Notes under the pieces: model-generated | What the model saw: the letters and a program-made list of their open reading frames with translations, nothing else | What the model was told of the DNA's origin: nothing | The model's database searches: none | Assembly: GCF_001194135.2 (NCBI RefSeq) | Contig: NC_068987.1 | Span: 74,894,865 to 74,958,864 of the forward strand | Length of the DNA: 64,000 nt | Direction of reading: 5' to 3' | Source: Octopus bimaculoides | Lineage: Eukaryota | Program-made: the position numbers and the translations under genes | Shown here: positions 24,392 through 37,664 of the stretch, one piece after another | How positions within the stretch are numbered: position 1 is the first letter of the stretch | Layout of the letters: each line of letters begins with the position of its first letter

Positions 24392-27104
24392 ATCGACCAC
24401 TCAAGACTAGCTAGCGCTTGGGAGGTCATAACTTTCAGAGAAATGAATATTTTTTAATGAAATTTTCTGTGCATATAGTATTTATTATGTAGAATCCGAA
24501 TATNNNNNNNNNNTAATGAAATTTTCTGTGCATATAGTATTTATTATGTAGAATCCGAATATACAAATTTTGGAATGGGGTGGGGGACAATTTTCGGAAA
24601 TTCCAACAGTCCACTTAAATTCTTCTTAACTAACAGGAAAATTAATATTTTTTCGTGAAATTTTCTACAAATATACCTTGATGTATGTACATTTCGAGCA
24701 TGTAGGAATTTTGAAGGAAACAACTGCAGGTTATTTTTGAGAAGCGTTCCCCACTCGGTGGTGTTTCGGAGCAAGTCGTTCATATTTGTTTCATTTTTCT
24801 CTATTATGTGCGTATGTGCATCCGTAGATTTCTAGACGGTGAAGAGAAGCCATCATAAGAAAACTTTCGTTAAAAATAACATGCACACGATTTTTTTTTC
24901 TCAATAGAAGTAAATTCCAAAGTAAACGTTTCTAGTAGAGAAGTAGAAGAGAACAGGAGCAAAAATAGGAATATACACNNNNNNNNNNNNNNNNNNNNNN
25001 NNNNNNNNNNNNNNNNNNNNNNNNNNNNNNNNNNNNNNNNNNNNNNNNNNNNNNNNNNNNNNNNNNNNNNNNNNNNNNNNNNNNNNNNNNNNNNNNNNNN
25101 NNNNNNNNNNNNNNNNNNNNNNNNNNNNNNNNNNNNNNNNNNNNNNNNNNNNNNNNNNNNNNNNNNNNNNNNNNNNNNNNNNNNNNNNNNNNNNNNNNNN
25201 NNNNNNNNNNNNNNNNNNNNNNNNNNNNNNNNNNNNNNNNNNNNNNNNNNNNNNNNNNNNNNNNNNNNNNNNNNNNNNNNNNNNNNNNNNNNNNNNNNNN
25301 NNNNNNNNNNNNNNNNNNNNNNNNNNNNNNNNNNNNNNNNNNNNNNNNNNNNNNNNNNNNNNNNNNNNNNNNNNNNNNNNNNNNNNNNNNNNNNNNNNNN
25401 NNNNNNNNNNNNNNNNNNNNNNNNNNNNNNNNNNNNNNNNNNNNNNNNNNNNNNNNNNNNNNNNNNNNNNNNNNNNNNNNNNNNNNNNNNNNNNNNNNNN
25501 NNNNNNNNNNNNNNNNNNNNNNNNNNNNNNNNNNNNNNNNNNNNNNNNNNNNNNNNNNNNNNNNNNNNNNNNNNNNNNNNNNNNNNNNNNNNNNNNNNNN
25601 NNNNNNNNNNNNNNNNNNNNNNNNNNNNNNNATATATATATAATGTATGTGGTAAACTGGTATTTTTGTATGTATTTATTGTTCGTTATTTTTTCTTCGC
25701 GTTTATTTTTACTTTTTGGGCTGTTTATCCTGTAGTGACCTTTTGTCTCTGTCGATAGTAGCGGTTTTTAGTGTGTTCTGTGGAAGGAGAGGGTTTAGGA
25801 ATACAAACTTGTTACTAGCAATCAGTGTCGCTATGTAGGTCAAACGACTGTGTGTGTATGTATGTGCGTGCGTGTATATATATTCACACAAACATGTTTT
25901 CATGAGTGCTCGAGATGCGTGTAGTTTTACCTAACTTTAAACAAGCTAAGCTCAACCTCTACACCTTGGCTGGTTCACCGCTTGAATAATTATGCACTTA
26001 CATGCATATAAAGTATTATAGCGATCCTTCGGTATTGGTATACAGAGTCTTGTTATGAGGAGACGACGTCATTCACCCTCTATTTCAGCCTAGCCCCTTT
26101 ATCTGTCATGAGGGAAGGTTGTGTCGTCTATCAATACCGAAGGATTACCAGTAAATACATGTGTGTGAAATAACATTACGCGTGTTTGTATATATATTCC
26201 ACATTGAGGCACTCATTACAAAACCGAAGCAGCAGCACCACCACCACCACCAATTATAAAGATAACTATAAATTTTGCTCTAATTGTTGATGGTTGTTTT
26301 CCCCTCTTCAATTTGTCGTGCTGTCCACCTCCTCTCTCTCTCTCTCTGCTGCCCTTCCTCTTTTCATTCTCTCCATTTCCTGCACTCTCTCTCTCCTGTC
26401 CTCTTTTTCTCTCACCGCTACTAATTACTTCGTTTTTCTTCCTGCCAGACTGTCTCTTCTTTCTGCTTTCTGTGTTTTTCCTCTTCGTTCTCTCAGTGCT
26501 TACACATAGACTTCCTTGCAAACTTGATATGCTTTCTCTTTTCTCTGTATTTCTAATAACACTTTTACAAAAATCTGAAGGAAGCTGTTGCTCTACTGCA
26601 GCAAAATTTACAGAGTCCACGTGTGTGGATTAGTTGGTGTACCTTGGAAATAATGGGAGTCTAACATATTTCGTGACTGGTCCGAGAATATTTTTATGAA
26701 CTTAATAGATTAGGTAGTACTGAGAAAATATAAAGACATTTATATTCAAAAGGGAAAAAAAGTCGCAAGATATTGAAAGTGCCAGAATCGTAATCACTCA
26801 TCGAAAGTTCAAGAAAATATTCCGCATTATAATGTGTGTCTGTGTGTTGGACAGTTTGCTGCACTGTTGATGCTTGTTAAGACAGAAACAGGAGCCCACA
26901 GCTCTACTCTTGGCATGTCAGTTGTGGAGAATTTTTGATGCTTTAGATTATCTCTCCTTTTCATTCAGAGATAATTTCAGTAAATCCTGAATTTATCTTG
27001 TATGTTATTTGATATAGCCTTTATTCGTGTTCGTTATTCAAATATAGGCCACCGGCCATTCTGAGTTATTTCTCTTAGCTCATTTTTGTTGCATCCCTCC
27101 ATCC

Positions 27105-27138
<34 letters not shown>

Positions 27139-28483
27139 AAAACTTCTAGCTTCTATATCCAGATTACAAATTTACATTTATACCAATAATAATTGGAGCA
27201 CTTGGTTTTGTAAGTAAATGTTTGTCTTTTTTACCAAACTGCTTAAGTCATGGAAACATAAACAAACCAGCACTGGTTGTCAAGCAGTGGTAAGGGAAAA
27301 ACACGGATGTATATATATATTACACCACCTGTCCTCGTCTGTTGTTGTTTTTTTCGTAAATTCTCCCATATATATGTATGTATATATATTTATATAAATA
27401 AGGATAAGATCGATATTTTAAAATATTGATTTTTATCAAGTGGCCAGCATGGGAATAAAAACCATCAAAGGTAACAATTATTTAAAATTATAATATAGGG
27501 TATCTAAAATAGCAGTCAAATCTTGACTGCTATATGAACATTTATTGTGGTTTAGAGTCAAGATTTGACTGCTATTTTTCAGCGTGGCGGTATCTCTCAG
27601 ATACCCTATATTATAATTTTAAATAATTGTATATATATATATATATGTATGTATATAAAATTATAAATAATGAAATGTGATAAAATTTATGTTACCAGTG
27701 GATACAAGAAGGAGCTTTTTTTTTTATGAGTACCACCAGATTAGTTGAATCCTTATATTGTGACTTGAATAATTACATGAATATGAATATATATATATAT
27801 ATATATATATATAAAGGTTATGAAGGGTTTGGAGTCAACCAAACCCTAAAGATACAGGTAATACCGAGTAAGTGCTGTATACTGACTAGTTTTGCCCCTG
27901 TCGTAGCAACATGAGTGGGGAATATAACATAGGTCGTGTATTAGCGTGTGTATGTATAAAGAAAGAAAAGGATAAAGAGACCAATGGCAAAGTTAGAATT
28001 ATATTTTATGGATAAAGTCTAAAATATATTACCCAGTTTCGGTCAAATACTACTGTATTGATGTGTGTGACCTTCTACTCAGCCATAATATGGTACGTTG
28101 CCGTCATATAAAGTAATTACATCCAAATATCGAACAAAAAAAGAAGTGAATGGTAGCAACTGATTTGATTGGTTGAAAAAATTGCAGAAAAGATATTGTA
28201 TTACTTGATTTTGCTTAAACACAACTGTATTGAAGTAACCATCTACCTGGTGTTCACTATATTGAAGTAACCATCTACCTGGTGTTGTTTCTGCAAGGAA
28301 TGTACGAAAGAAAGTCTCAACAAAACCAAAACTTAATAAAATGTTTACTTATGAGAAGGTCTCTTCTGGGTAGGCAAGGTAGGCGCTGTCTATTCAGACT
28401 AAAACTATAAATGTTAATTATTGAAACATGTGGCACAGGTATGACTGTAAGGGGGCTTGCTTCCCAACCACATGGTTTTGAGT

Positions 28484-28875
28484 CAGGCACATGTCATAAG
28501 TAATTACTCAGGGTAAGCAGTTGGCAACGTTTATGTAGTAAAACACACAAAAAATAAGCGAAACACAGGCATGCAACTGAGTTGGAGGCAGATTTACTTC
28601 TGCCTTTATGGCATGTAAAGAAAACATTGTTGTAGGAATGTACATAGCACGTGTTCTGCAGCAGTACTATACTGAGATTGAAAGGCATTGGCAAATTATG
28701 CCTTCCTGATCTACAAAAGAAAAAAAATTATTTTGCATTTTATTCATAGTAATCAGAGTAACCTTCATAATTTTATTGGATTAGGTGCATATTTTGCCAT
28801 AAAAGGAAAATGTTACTATTGATCTATTTCATTCAGGGCAGGCACTGCCTTGCCTTCCCAGGCGGCATGTCCCTG
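28484..28875. mobile_element. hAT-type MITE (392 bp) inserted in a family A SINE
   Basis: 8-bp TSD TTTTGAGT at 28476-83 and 28876-83; termini CAGGCACATG / CATGTCCCTG; SINE halves join across the insert. Confidence 0.8.
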
Positions 28876-29648
28876 TTTTGAGTTCTGTCCCACTGCATGG
28901 CACCTTGGGAAAGTGTCATCTACTGTAGCCCCAGGTCAACCAAAGCTTTGTGAGTGGATTTAGTAAAAGAAAGCTGAAAGAAGCCTGTTGTATGTATATG
29001 TGTGTTTGCTAATGTCTCCTTGCCTTGATAGTGCATGATAGTTATAACCCTCTAGCATTTAAACCCACCATATCCAGCCAAAATATCCTTCATGTTTTAT
29101 CCTCAGACTGACCAAATCCACTCTCTCATGCCTGTTCTACAATGCCATCCTAAAAATAAAACAATTATATCATCAAAATATTGAAGCTATGAGATAATGC
29201 ATGTTTAATTAAAAACGAATTGAAAATATAATTATTACATTTGACAGAAACCCAAATGTTAGAAGAGTTAAGTTTCACTGTCATGCAAGCAGTGTAAATT
29301 TGTTTCCAATCTTCTATGAAAACATGTCTGGTCATGGGGAAATATTACCTTATTTGGAAACAAGTGAGGGTTGGTAGCAGAAAGAGCATCTGGCTATAGA
29401 AAATCTGCGTCCACAAATTCAATCTGACGATGCAAGCATGGAAAAGTGGACATTAAAATGATGATAAAAATGAAAAAGTAAATTATTTCCAATTCATAAG
29501 GTGTATGAAACTCGATATTTGATTCAGTAAATGGCTAATATTTTAATATCAATCTGTCACAATTTCCCCAGGCCTTTCTATTTCAATATATAATATATAT
29601 ACTGAGTAATAATGTGAAGCCATATACTGTGGGAGCAGCTTCAAAGTA

Positions 29649-30468
29649 CATGGTCTGATCAATAAGTATCCTGACTGTTGCAATAGTAACGAAGCTAAAG
29701 CACACAGAGTGAAGCTGCTTGGCACAGATTGACCTTGAACTCTGCTGTGTATGTTCACTAAGTTTTAATGTAGCTTACTTCCGCTGTTTACAGCGGTGCT
29801 TGGAAGGAAGGTGTGTAGCATGTGATCGTCGCATTGACCATGACAGAGAAAGCTGAGCAGAGAATCTGCATCAAATTTTACCAAAAACTTGGCAACACCT
29901 GCTCAGAGGCCTATGCAAAGTTTCCAAAATGTTTCCATTTTTCTCGACATCAAGTAGGTCTTGTGCAACTGAAACCTGAGTGTCTTGTTGGTCAGCTGAA
30001 AGCAGTTTTGGCACAAACATGGCAGACACATGTCTCATACCCAAAATATTAATGGACTGAACTGAATTGTAACTAATCTGCACATCCTCTGCATGCCCGT
30101 CTGCAATGTTTTAATCATTTTTGCTGGTTGTGGGTCTCTGAGAACGTTCGTCACTATCAACATTTTTTCAGCCATCTTGGAAACATCTGAAACACTCGTA
30201 CACTCCTCTCCATACACTTTCTGTAACTTTGTGTAGGCCTCTGAGCAGGTATTGCCATGACAACTTTCTTTGTCATGCTCAATGTGATGATCACACGCTA
30301 CACACCTTCTTACCAAGCATTGCTGTAAATAGCAGAAGTGAACTAGAACGTTAAAACTTAGTGTGCATGCACAGCAGAGTTCAAGGTCAATTTTTGCCAT
30401 GCAGCTTCATTCTGTGCTGTAGCTTCATTACTATGGCAACAATCCGGCTACTTATTGATCAGACCTTG
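29649..30468 (-). mobile_element. Non-autonomous mariner derivative with TA target duplication
   Basis: TA-CA(T/A)GGTCTGATCAATAAGTA terminal inverted repeats at 29649 and 30468, flanked by TA. Mariner transposase N-terminal pieces: EQRICIKFYQKLG, EAYTKLQKVYGEEC, ISYNSVQSI..LGMRHVSAMFVPKLLSADQ. Confidence 0.9.
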
Positions 30469-30929
30469 TATGTGTTGCTTGTTATACTATGAAAGTAAAA
30501 TAATTCCAACCTTTCACTGAAGTGTCACGCTGATCATATTATTTACTTTTGGTGATGCTTACTATTAAAGATAGGTGTTAGTTCATGCCAGTGTATAAAA
30601 TAGAAATAATAAATAGTTATATGTAAATAAATAATGTTTTGTTGACAAAATATTTCTGTGTTAAGGCCTGTTTGTTGATACTTTTATTCCTTTTTGACAC
30701 TTTTTACTTATTGATGTCTACTGCCTATGAGTATTTACTCTTTGTATGTATGTAGAGAAAGAGAGAGAAAGATTCATATGTATTGTGTGTGTGTGTATAT
30801 ATGCGCATATGCTTGCATGATATATTTTTGACTAAGGGAGATTTGAATGTTGGCAAAATTTTGGACCATGTCTAGCATCTATCAAAATGGCTTGTTTGAG
30901 TTCTATCCATTTCTCATCTCTTTGATCAA

Positions 30930-31620
30930 TAGCTTCTCAGATAACACTATTGCAGCCCATGCTTATGGATTTACAGTCTAACCCATGCTTTTCCTCTTAT
31001 ACACCTGCTATCTACATACTACCACCTTCAACAATGCTCTCACCTATGCAAATGATCCCACATTTTGTTTCTCTCTAACCTTCCACACCCAAATGTCATC
31101 CACATACCACATAGACACCAAGTTCTAAACACACACTGACTTCATGAACAGAGACCTTGAAAACATCCTCCAATGGTGTAATGCCCATCTTATGGCATCC
31201 AACAGTAAAACAATAAAAGCACTGCATTTATTTAGAAAACCTCAATGCACCCCATATGACTTAAACATGAGCAGCATACAACTAGGGCTCTCACAATTGC
31301 TCCAGATGTGAGATCTCACTCTGGCTGTGGATCTTTCCTAGTGAACGCACATCCTTAACATGGTAATGCTTTCATCTCAAAGACAGGTTTTTCTCTTGAA
31401 AGCTAGTAAATATTTCAACCCCAAAGCAACTATTAATCTATTACAAAGCTCAAGTGAGACCCACAGTGGAGTATTGCTCCTATACTGAGGACAGTGCTAC
31501 CGCTACACACACATCCAGAGACAACAGACTACTCTATTAATTGGCATAAAGATGCTCACAGACACACTTCGGCTTCTGGTCCATACATGTGCTGTTTCCA
31601 TTCTTTGTCTTTTCTACAGT
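30930..31620 (+). mobile_element. CR1/L2-type LINE remnant (RT C-terminal half)
   Basis: Broken frames read PMLFLLYT...TYAND, RDLENILQWCNAHLM and KAQVRPTVEYCS, resembling CR1-group RT motifs. Confidence 0.65.
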
Positions 31621-33859
31621 AATTACAGTTCTCTGCTCCTTGGCACTAACTAATCTGGTGCCACCTTCATTTATACACTCTTGATTCTCTTGTCTTTTCT
31701 CATCTAACTACTACATTTAGTCCTAGAATGTGTGTGTATTGTGTAGCTTGTGTTATTTTATCATTATTATTATTATTATCATTATTGTTACATATATCTC
31801 TTTGGCTTTTCATTCATGTTCAAGAAAGCCATCACAAATTATTATAAAGATTTTTGCCTTCAATAGTGGCTCTTTAAGCCTCCTAAGCTCTTACATGTCT
31901 TCTGGCAAACTTTACAAAGCTGCATATGTGCACATCTGTATGCAAAATATATTCTAGTGTATTAGTGTGTGTGTGTAGTGCGTGTGTGTGGATAATGTAT
32001 TGGTGTATCATGGGCAACATGGTTGGATTTTAGCAATGTAATAATAATGCTGTTAGTAGGATTGGAAGGTGAGGAAGATGAAATAAAATAAAATAAAATG
32101 AAATGGATGGATGTGGATAGTTGCATACAGAAGTGCCCATTACTTAAAGTGGATAGAACTTGAGGAAGAGGAAGACATGGCATGAAGTATTGACGGCTAA
32201 TCTCAAGACACTGAGCCTTACAAAGCAGATGTCAAAGGATCATCATATCTGGCACTTTGCTATACTTGAGAACAACAGAATTAATACTGATGCTGGTGCC
32301 ACATTAAAAGCACTGGTGCTGGTGCCACATTAAAAGCACTGGTACTGGTGCTACATAAAATGCACCCATTACACTCTGTAGAGTGGTTGGCATTAGGAAG
32401 AGCATCCAGCTGTAGAAATCATGTCTGAACAGATAATAGAGCCTGTTGTGGTCCCTGGCCTTGCCAGCTTCAGTCAAACCATCCAATACATACCAGCATG
32501 GAAAACTGAGGTTAAATGATGATGATGAATAAAGATAACAGAGTACAAGAAAGTTTAATTTTCAGTAATAGGTTGATGGATATAAAAGTTTAAGATGTAT
32601 AAAAGGTTTGTGGATATAGAAATGGGTAGAAAGGTTGATAAATGGATATACAAGCAGATAGATGGGTTGATAGATAGTTTCCCTTATATATGGTTTGTGA
32701 CCTGAAGTGAGCCTAGTTACTGGATGTTATAGTTTGTTTAGTTTCTGCCAATATGTTCTTTCACGTTTATCAGCATGATTACAGTAGTCTGTTAGGAGAT
32801 TCATGGCATGGCAGAGGCTAGTGAGCAGAATGTGTTGGTGTATCTCAGGCAACATGGCTGGATTTTTTTGTAAGAAAACAGGGTAACACCATTAGTGTGA
32901 TAGGTAGGGAGGAAGATGGGGGGAAAATAAAATAAAGGAAAATGGAATCAAATACATTAAAAGGAGGAAGATGAAATAGAATAAAGCAATATGAAATGCA
33001 GTAAAGGTTGTATACATTTGCACATACACACACTCATGCATGCACACACAAAGAGGAACCTGATTAAGAAAGCAAGAAATCCAGGCAAATTATTGTTTGT
33101 TTATGCAGAAAACATTGTTTTGATGGTTGCTCTCAGACACACACACATGCGCACATGTACACACACACACACACACACACATACTGTGCTATTCTACATA
33201 CAGAAGGGAGATATCTTTTGGTGGTGGTGTAAAGTTTCACTTGAACTATTCAATTGTTTAATTGTTTGTCTTCTGTAAGGTAGGAGGAGGGAATGGTTGT
33301 GATGATGATGATTGGTTTGCTTCCTGAAGTACTGGAGGGGGAGGAGGAGGTGGTGGTGTTGGTAAGTGGGTGGGGCTTAACAGTTTAAAGGATGGTCTGG
33401 CTTTTGTTTATTTATCTATTTATTTAAATAATACAGTAGTGAGTTGGAGTGATGGGGGAGGCATCTTGCCAGCAGATGGTGTTTGTTGTGATCTTTTGGG
33501 ATGAGATTAGTTGGTAGATCATGTCTCAAGTTAGCTCTCATCAGGCAGACCAATAATTAAAACATATTCAAGCTGTGACATTGTATGAGCTGACAAAGAA
33601 GCCTCTAAGTGGTTGTTCAACCTACTAGAAATAGCAGCTCATTCACATCCTACTGCATTGAAGAAGAAAAAGAAAATGACAAAAGACATTGTATAATGTA
33701 GCCTGGGGTACTCTATACTTGAAGGTAAAAAATAAGATTGTTGTGGTTCAAATGCTTTTTAACTTTATGGTCTGCTCTGTTAGTGCTGACCTGGCGCATG
33801 ATCAACATGCAATTACATGTTTTCATGTGTTAGACTAACTTGCAAAATCTGGGCAGAAT

Positions 33860-35045
33860 TGTTAGCTCATTGGACAAAGTGCTTAACAGCATTTCCTCTG
33901 TCTTTATGTTATGAGTTCAAATTCCGCCGAGGTTGACTTTGCTTTCCATTTTTTGGGGGTCGATAAAATAAGTACCAGTTCAGCACTGGGGTCAATGTAA
34001 TCGACTCATTCCCTTCCCCTGAACTTGCTGGCCTTGTGCCAAAATTTGAAATTATTATTAGGAATGTGGTGAACTGGCAGAATTGTTAGTGTGTCAAACA
34101 AAATGCTTAGCAACATTTCTTTTGGCTCTTTGTCCTTAGTTCAAATTCTGCCGAGGTTGACTGTGCCCTCCATCCTTTTGATATTGATAAAATAAGTACT
34201 GGTTGAGCACTTGGGTGGATGTAATCAACCTACCCACCTCTCTTAAAATCGTTAGCATTGTGCAAAAGTTTGTAATCATTATCACCACCACCATACATTA
34301 ATTTTGTTTGCAGGGATGTTGTCTTGATACTTGGTGACAAAACATCTCTTCAGATCCCAAGAATTTTTCTTAGTATTTGTGCAGAATATAGATGGTGTTT
34401 TCCTGCAAATAGATAATACATATCTCCATTCCAATATCCTTCAGTCTCTTAGGTAGCAGTTAGGGTGTTGTACCAAGTGCACCACCTGCAACAGGAACAA
34501 TTGACACCTTTGTCTTCCACAAACTATTCATCTATCTGTTTAAGACCTGATATTTCTCAATTTTCTCAATTTCTTTGTATTCTCTCTGTTATCATATTCT
34601 ATGCTATTATTATTATTAATTGTATTGTTAATTTTATTGATAAGCAGGTAGAATCAATTGTCAGACAAAACATTTAACAGCATTTCTTCTGGCTCTTTAT
34701 GTTTTGGGTTCAAACCCTTTGAGACTAACTTTGCCTTTCATCCTTTCCTGCTCAATAAAATTAAGTATCAGTTAAGTACTAAAGTTAATGTAATCAGCTG
34801 ACTCTTTCCCCCACTAAAACTATTGACCCTTATTCCACTAGCAGAATCATTAGCACACTAGACACAATGCTTAGCAGTATTTTGTCCATCTTTTTGTTCT
34901 GAGTTCAATTTCCACTGACATTGACTTTACCTTTCATCCTTTCAGGGTCGATGAAAAAAGTACCATTCAAGCACGAGGGTCAATGTGATCAACTAGCCAT
35001 CCTGCTCCCCAAAAGTTTCAGGCCTTGTCCCTATAGTCAAATACC
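33860..35045 (+). mobile_element. Cluster of four same-orientation family C SINE copies
   Basis: Units at about 33860-34050, 34070-34270, 34650-34830 and 34845-35040, each with gagttcaaatt...gactttgcctttcatcc...aagtacca. Confidence 0.8.
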
Positions 35046-36913
35046 ACAACCAATTAAAATAACTGTTCTCTTCCCCAGATATGTGACCATGTGCTAGCAT
35101 TAAAAAATCATTATCATTATTAGATTTACATTAGAGTTCAACTTCAAGTAACCCCATAGAAGCTTTATCCTTGATTCATCACATGTTTCACAGTATTAGT
35201 GAAATTCGCACATTGACTTTTAAGCTGCCATCCTGGCAATTTAGTCACCCGCTCAGGATCATCTTTGTCATCATCATTTTGGCATCCACTCTTCCATGCT
35301 CACATGGGTGAGACAGAATTTTGTTGAGGCAGATTTTCTACAGCTGAGTGCCTCTCCTGTCGCTAGCCCTCACTTGTTTCTAAGTCAGGTGATATTTCCC
35401 TTTGACCAGACATGTTTTCATGAAAGACACCCCTTGTGTGATGGAAACATTTGTTTACAGCTAACACATGATGTCAAGGCAAGGAGGCAGTAACATGCAT
35501 AAATGCACACATATATACAACAGGTTTCTTTCAGTTTCTATCTACTGGATGCTCTCTTTGGTCAACCCAGGGCTATAAATGCAGCTGAACTTAGAACCAT
35601 GTGGTTGGGAAACAAACTTCTTACCACACAACTAAGCTTGCCCCTGCAAAGTTTATTTCAATAGCAAGCAAAAACTATTGAATCACCATAAAAAACAATC
35701 TCATCTTTTTTTTTTCTGGCACGATTATCTAAGACTACATTCTTCAAGGTCTTTTATTTCTGTTAGGGGGTAGGAATAGATTTGAGAGGGATTTAGCTCC
35801 TATTTTAAGCATATCAAGTAACCTTGTAGTGACTCCCTCAATTCATGGATATGTGTTGTAATGGCTTGTCAGCTGACTGAAGATTACTTTGGAACTTTAC
35901 TAAGCCCCTTAAATCATTCACCATGAGCAAAGAGTCTTAAGGATTAAAGGGATTAGGTTAATTTCTTTCTATTCCCATTTTTTTATATATATATATATAT
36001 TAAGGGAATCTCACAAGTTATTGACTGTTTATCACCACATCTGCCTAATCCCACTCATTTCACACTCTCCATTCCCCATGAGTCAAGTCATTATTGTATG
36101 TGCTAAACTCAAGTCAACAAGGAGCCTCAACATGCTAGAAACAACAGCTAAATCTCCCTTGACTGACACCTGACTATCCAAAAGGATGCATAATGTAATT
36201 TTATCCTACATACATCTGCTCAGTTGGGAGTACTTGGGGCTATACAACATACCAAATTCTCTGTCGAAAACCTCTAAATGAGTCAGTGTTGAAGCTTCTT
36301 CACAATTCCTTCAGCTGCTAGCAATATGAGTCAAATAAACTTTAAATCATATCCTGTTGCTTTAAAAGATCCTAGTTAGATACAGTATATCTGAAAAAGA
36401 AACAAGATGGTTATGGGTGAAATATCTTTGATTATAGATCTGCTTAGTTCCAGCTGACTTTGGGCTAAACAACCTCTCTATAGAATTCCCTTACTGCCTG
36501 TATAGTTTTCCTTCAGATGCTCTCTTGAACACTAACCTTATTAAACTTTACCTTGTTATTCTTAACTTCCTCCCCCCACCCACACACAATTTACCAGTTC
36601 CAGAGAGACCCGTGAAAGCTGTGTATTTAGCTTTACCTGAAGCTAGATGATTAATATATATATATTTTTAAAATATAGGTACTGTTTGTGTGGTTTTTGA
36701 TTAGCTCCATATCAACCCTGATCCAGCACAAACCTATATTTCACCCATGACTAGCCTATGTTTTAAAGGAGGAAGAAGCGAGTAGTGCTTATGGTCTTTA
36801 TTCAGGACTATTGAGACTAGTGAGAGGAAGTGAAGAAGTTATCAGATACCTGTCCTGAGTGTTGGCAAGAGTGTATGTACTCTACTAAACCATCCAGGGG
36901 CTGGGCAGTGGCA

Positions 36914-37109
36914 TTAACCCCTTTAGGATTCGGGTTATTCTGTCAAATGTAAAGCTTATTTATTCTCATTAATTTGAATTAATCATGCATTATCTCATAG
37001 CCTTGATATTTTGATGATGTGATTGTTTAGTCTTAGAATGACATTGTTGTATTGGTGTGAGAGACTAGATGTGGCCGGTTTGAACACGGGTTAAATGCTA
37101 AAGTGTTAA
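36914..37109. mobile_element. piggyBac-like MITE (TTAA-CCC...GGG-TTAA type)
   Basis: TTAA|CCCCTTTAGGATT ... AATGCTAAAGTG|TTAA. Other copies at 9851-10043, 29044-29271 (reversed), 37843-38068 and 63609-63680 (5' part, perfect TTAACCCTTTAGCATT). Confidence 0.7.
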
Positions 37110-37664
37110 ACTGGGTAATAATTTCTGCCTACCACCTAAGAACAGGAAAAGTCCCTCAGATAGGCTTACATACAGTTGACGCCTAGTAAATTTTACTCAT
37201 GGCTTTGCTTGATGCAAGGATGTGGCAGAAGACACTTGGCCAAAGCACCATGTAGTGTGATTAAACCTGAAATGATGCAGTTGTAGAGGAAACCTTATTT
37301 TAGCTCACAAGCATGCCTACCCCACACATCTTTATTTTTCAATTTGTGATTGAGGCCAACTCATTTGTTCCAAACATGGATGTATGTTTTTTTTTGCTGT
37401 TGAGAAATTTCTTTATGGATGGCAAAGTAGACAGTAAAGTATCATATGAATTGTCTTACAGTATGGAATTAGGTCCTTTTATGTTCTAGTTTTATATTCT
37501 ACAAGAGTTAACTTTGCCTTTCATCCTTCTAAAGTTGATAAACTAAATACCAGCAACGTTATGTAAGCTGATTGTTTCACATCTGGTCTATAGAACAGAC
37601 CTATGATTGAAGATATTACAGTTATCACCATCCTGTCTTGTTCCTCCATATAGTGTATCTAGAG

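Larger units (their letters stand above)
22300..28700. promoter_or_regulatory. CpG-retaining block; probable promoter/first-exon region for TMEM259
   Basis: By eye, CpG is frequent here and sparse on both sides. Contains a CT-rich tract (26330-26500) and several donor-like sites (e.g. CAG|GTAATA at 27858). The TSS cannot be located; two gaps lie inside the block. Confidence 0.4.

Noticed and set aside
24455-24562. 49-bp direct repeat
   Set aside because: The copies sit exactly either side of a 10-N gap; most likely an unmerged contig overlap.
28228-28286. 27-bp direct repeat (two copies, period 32); similar short duplications near 48395 and 32290
   Set aside because: Only two units with no spacer series: local tandem duplication, not CRISPR.
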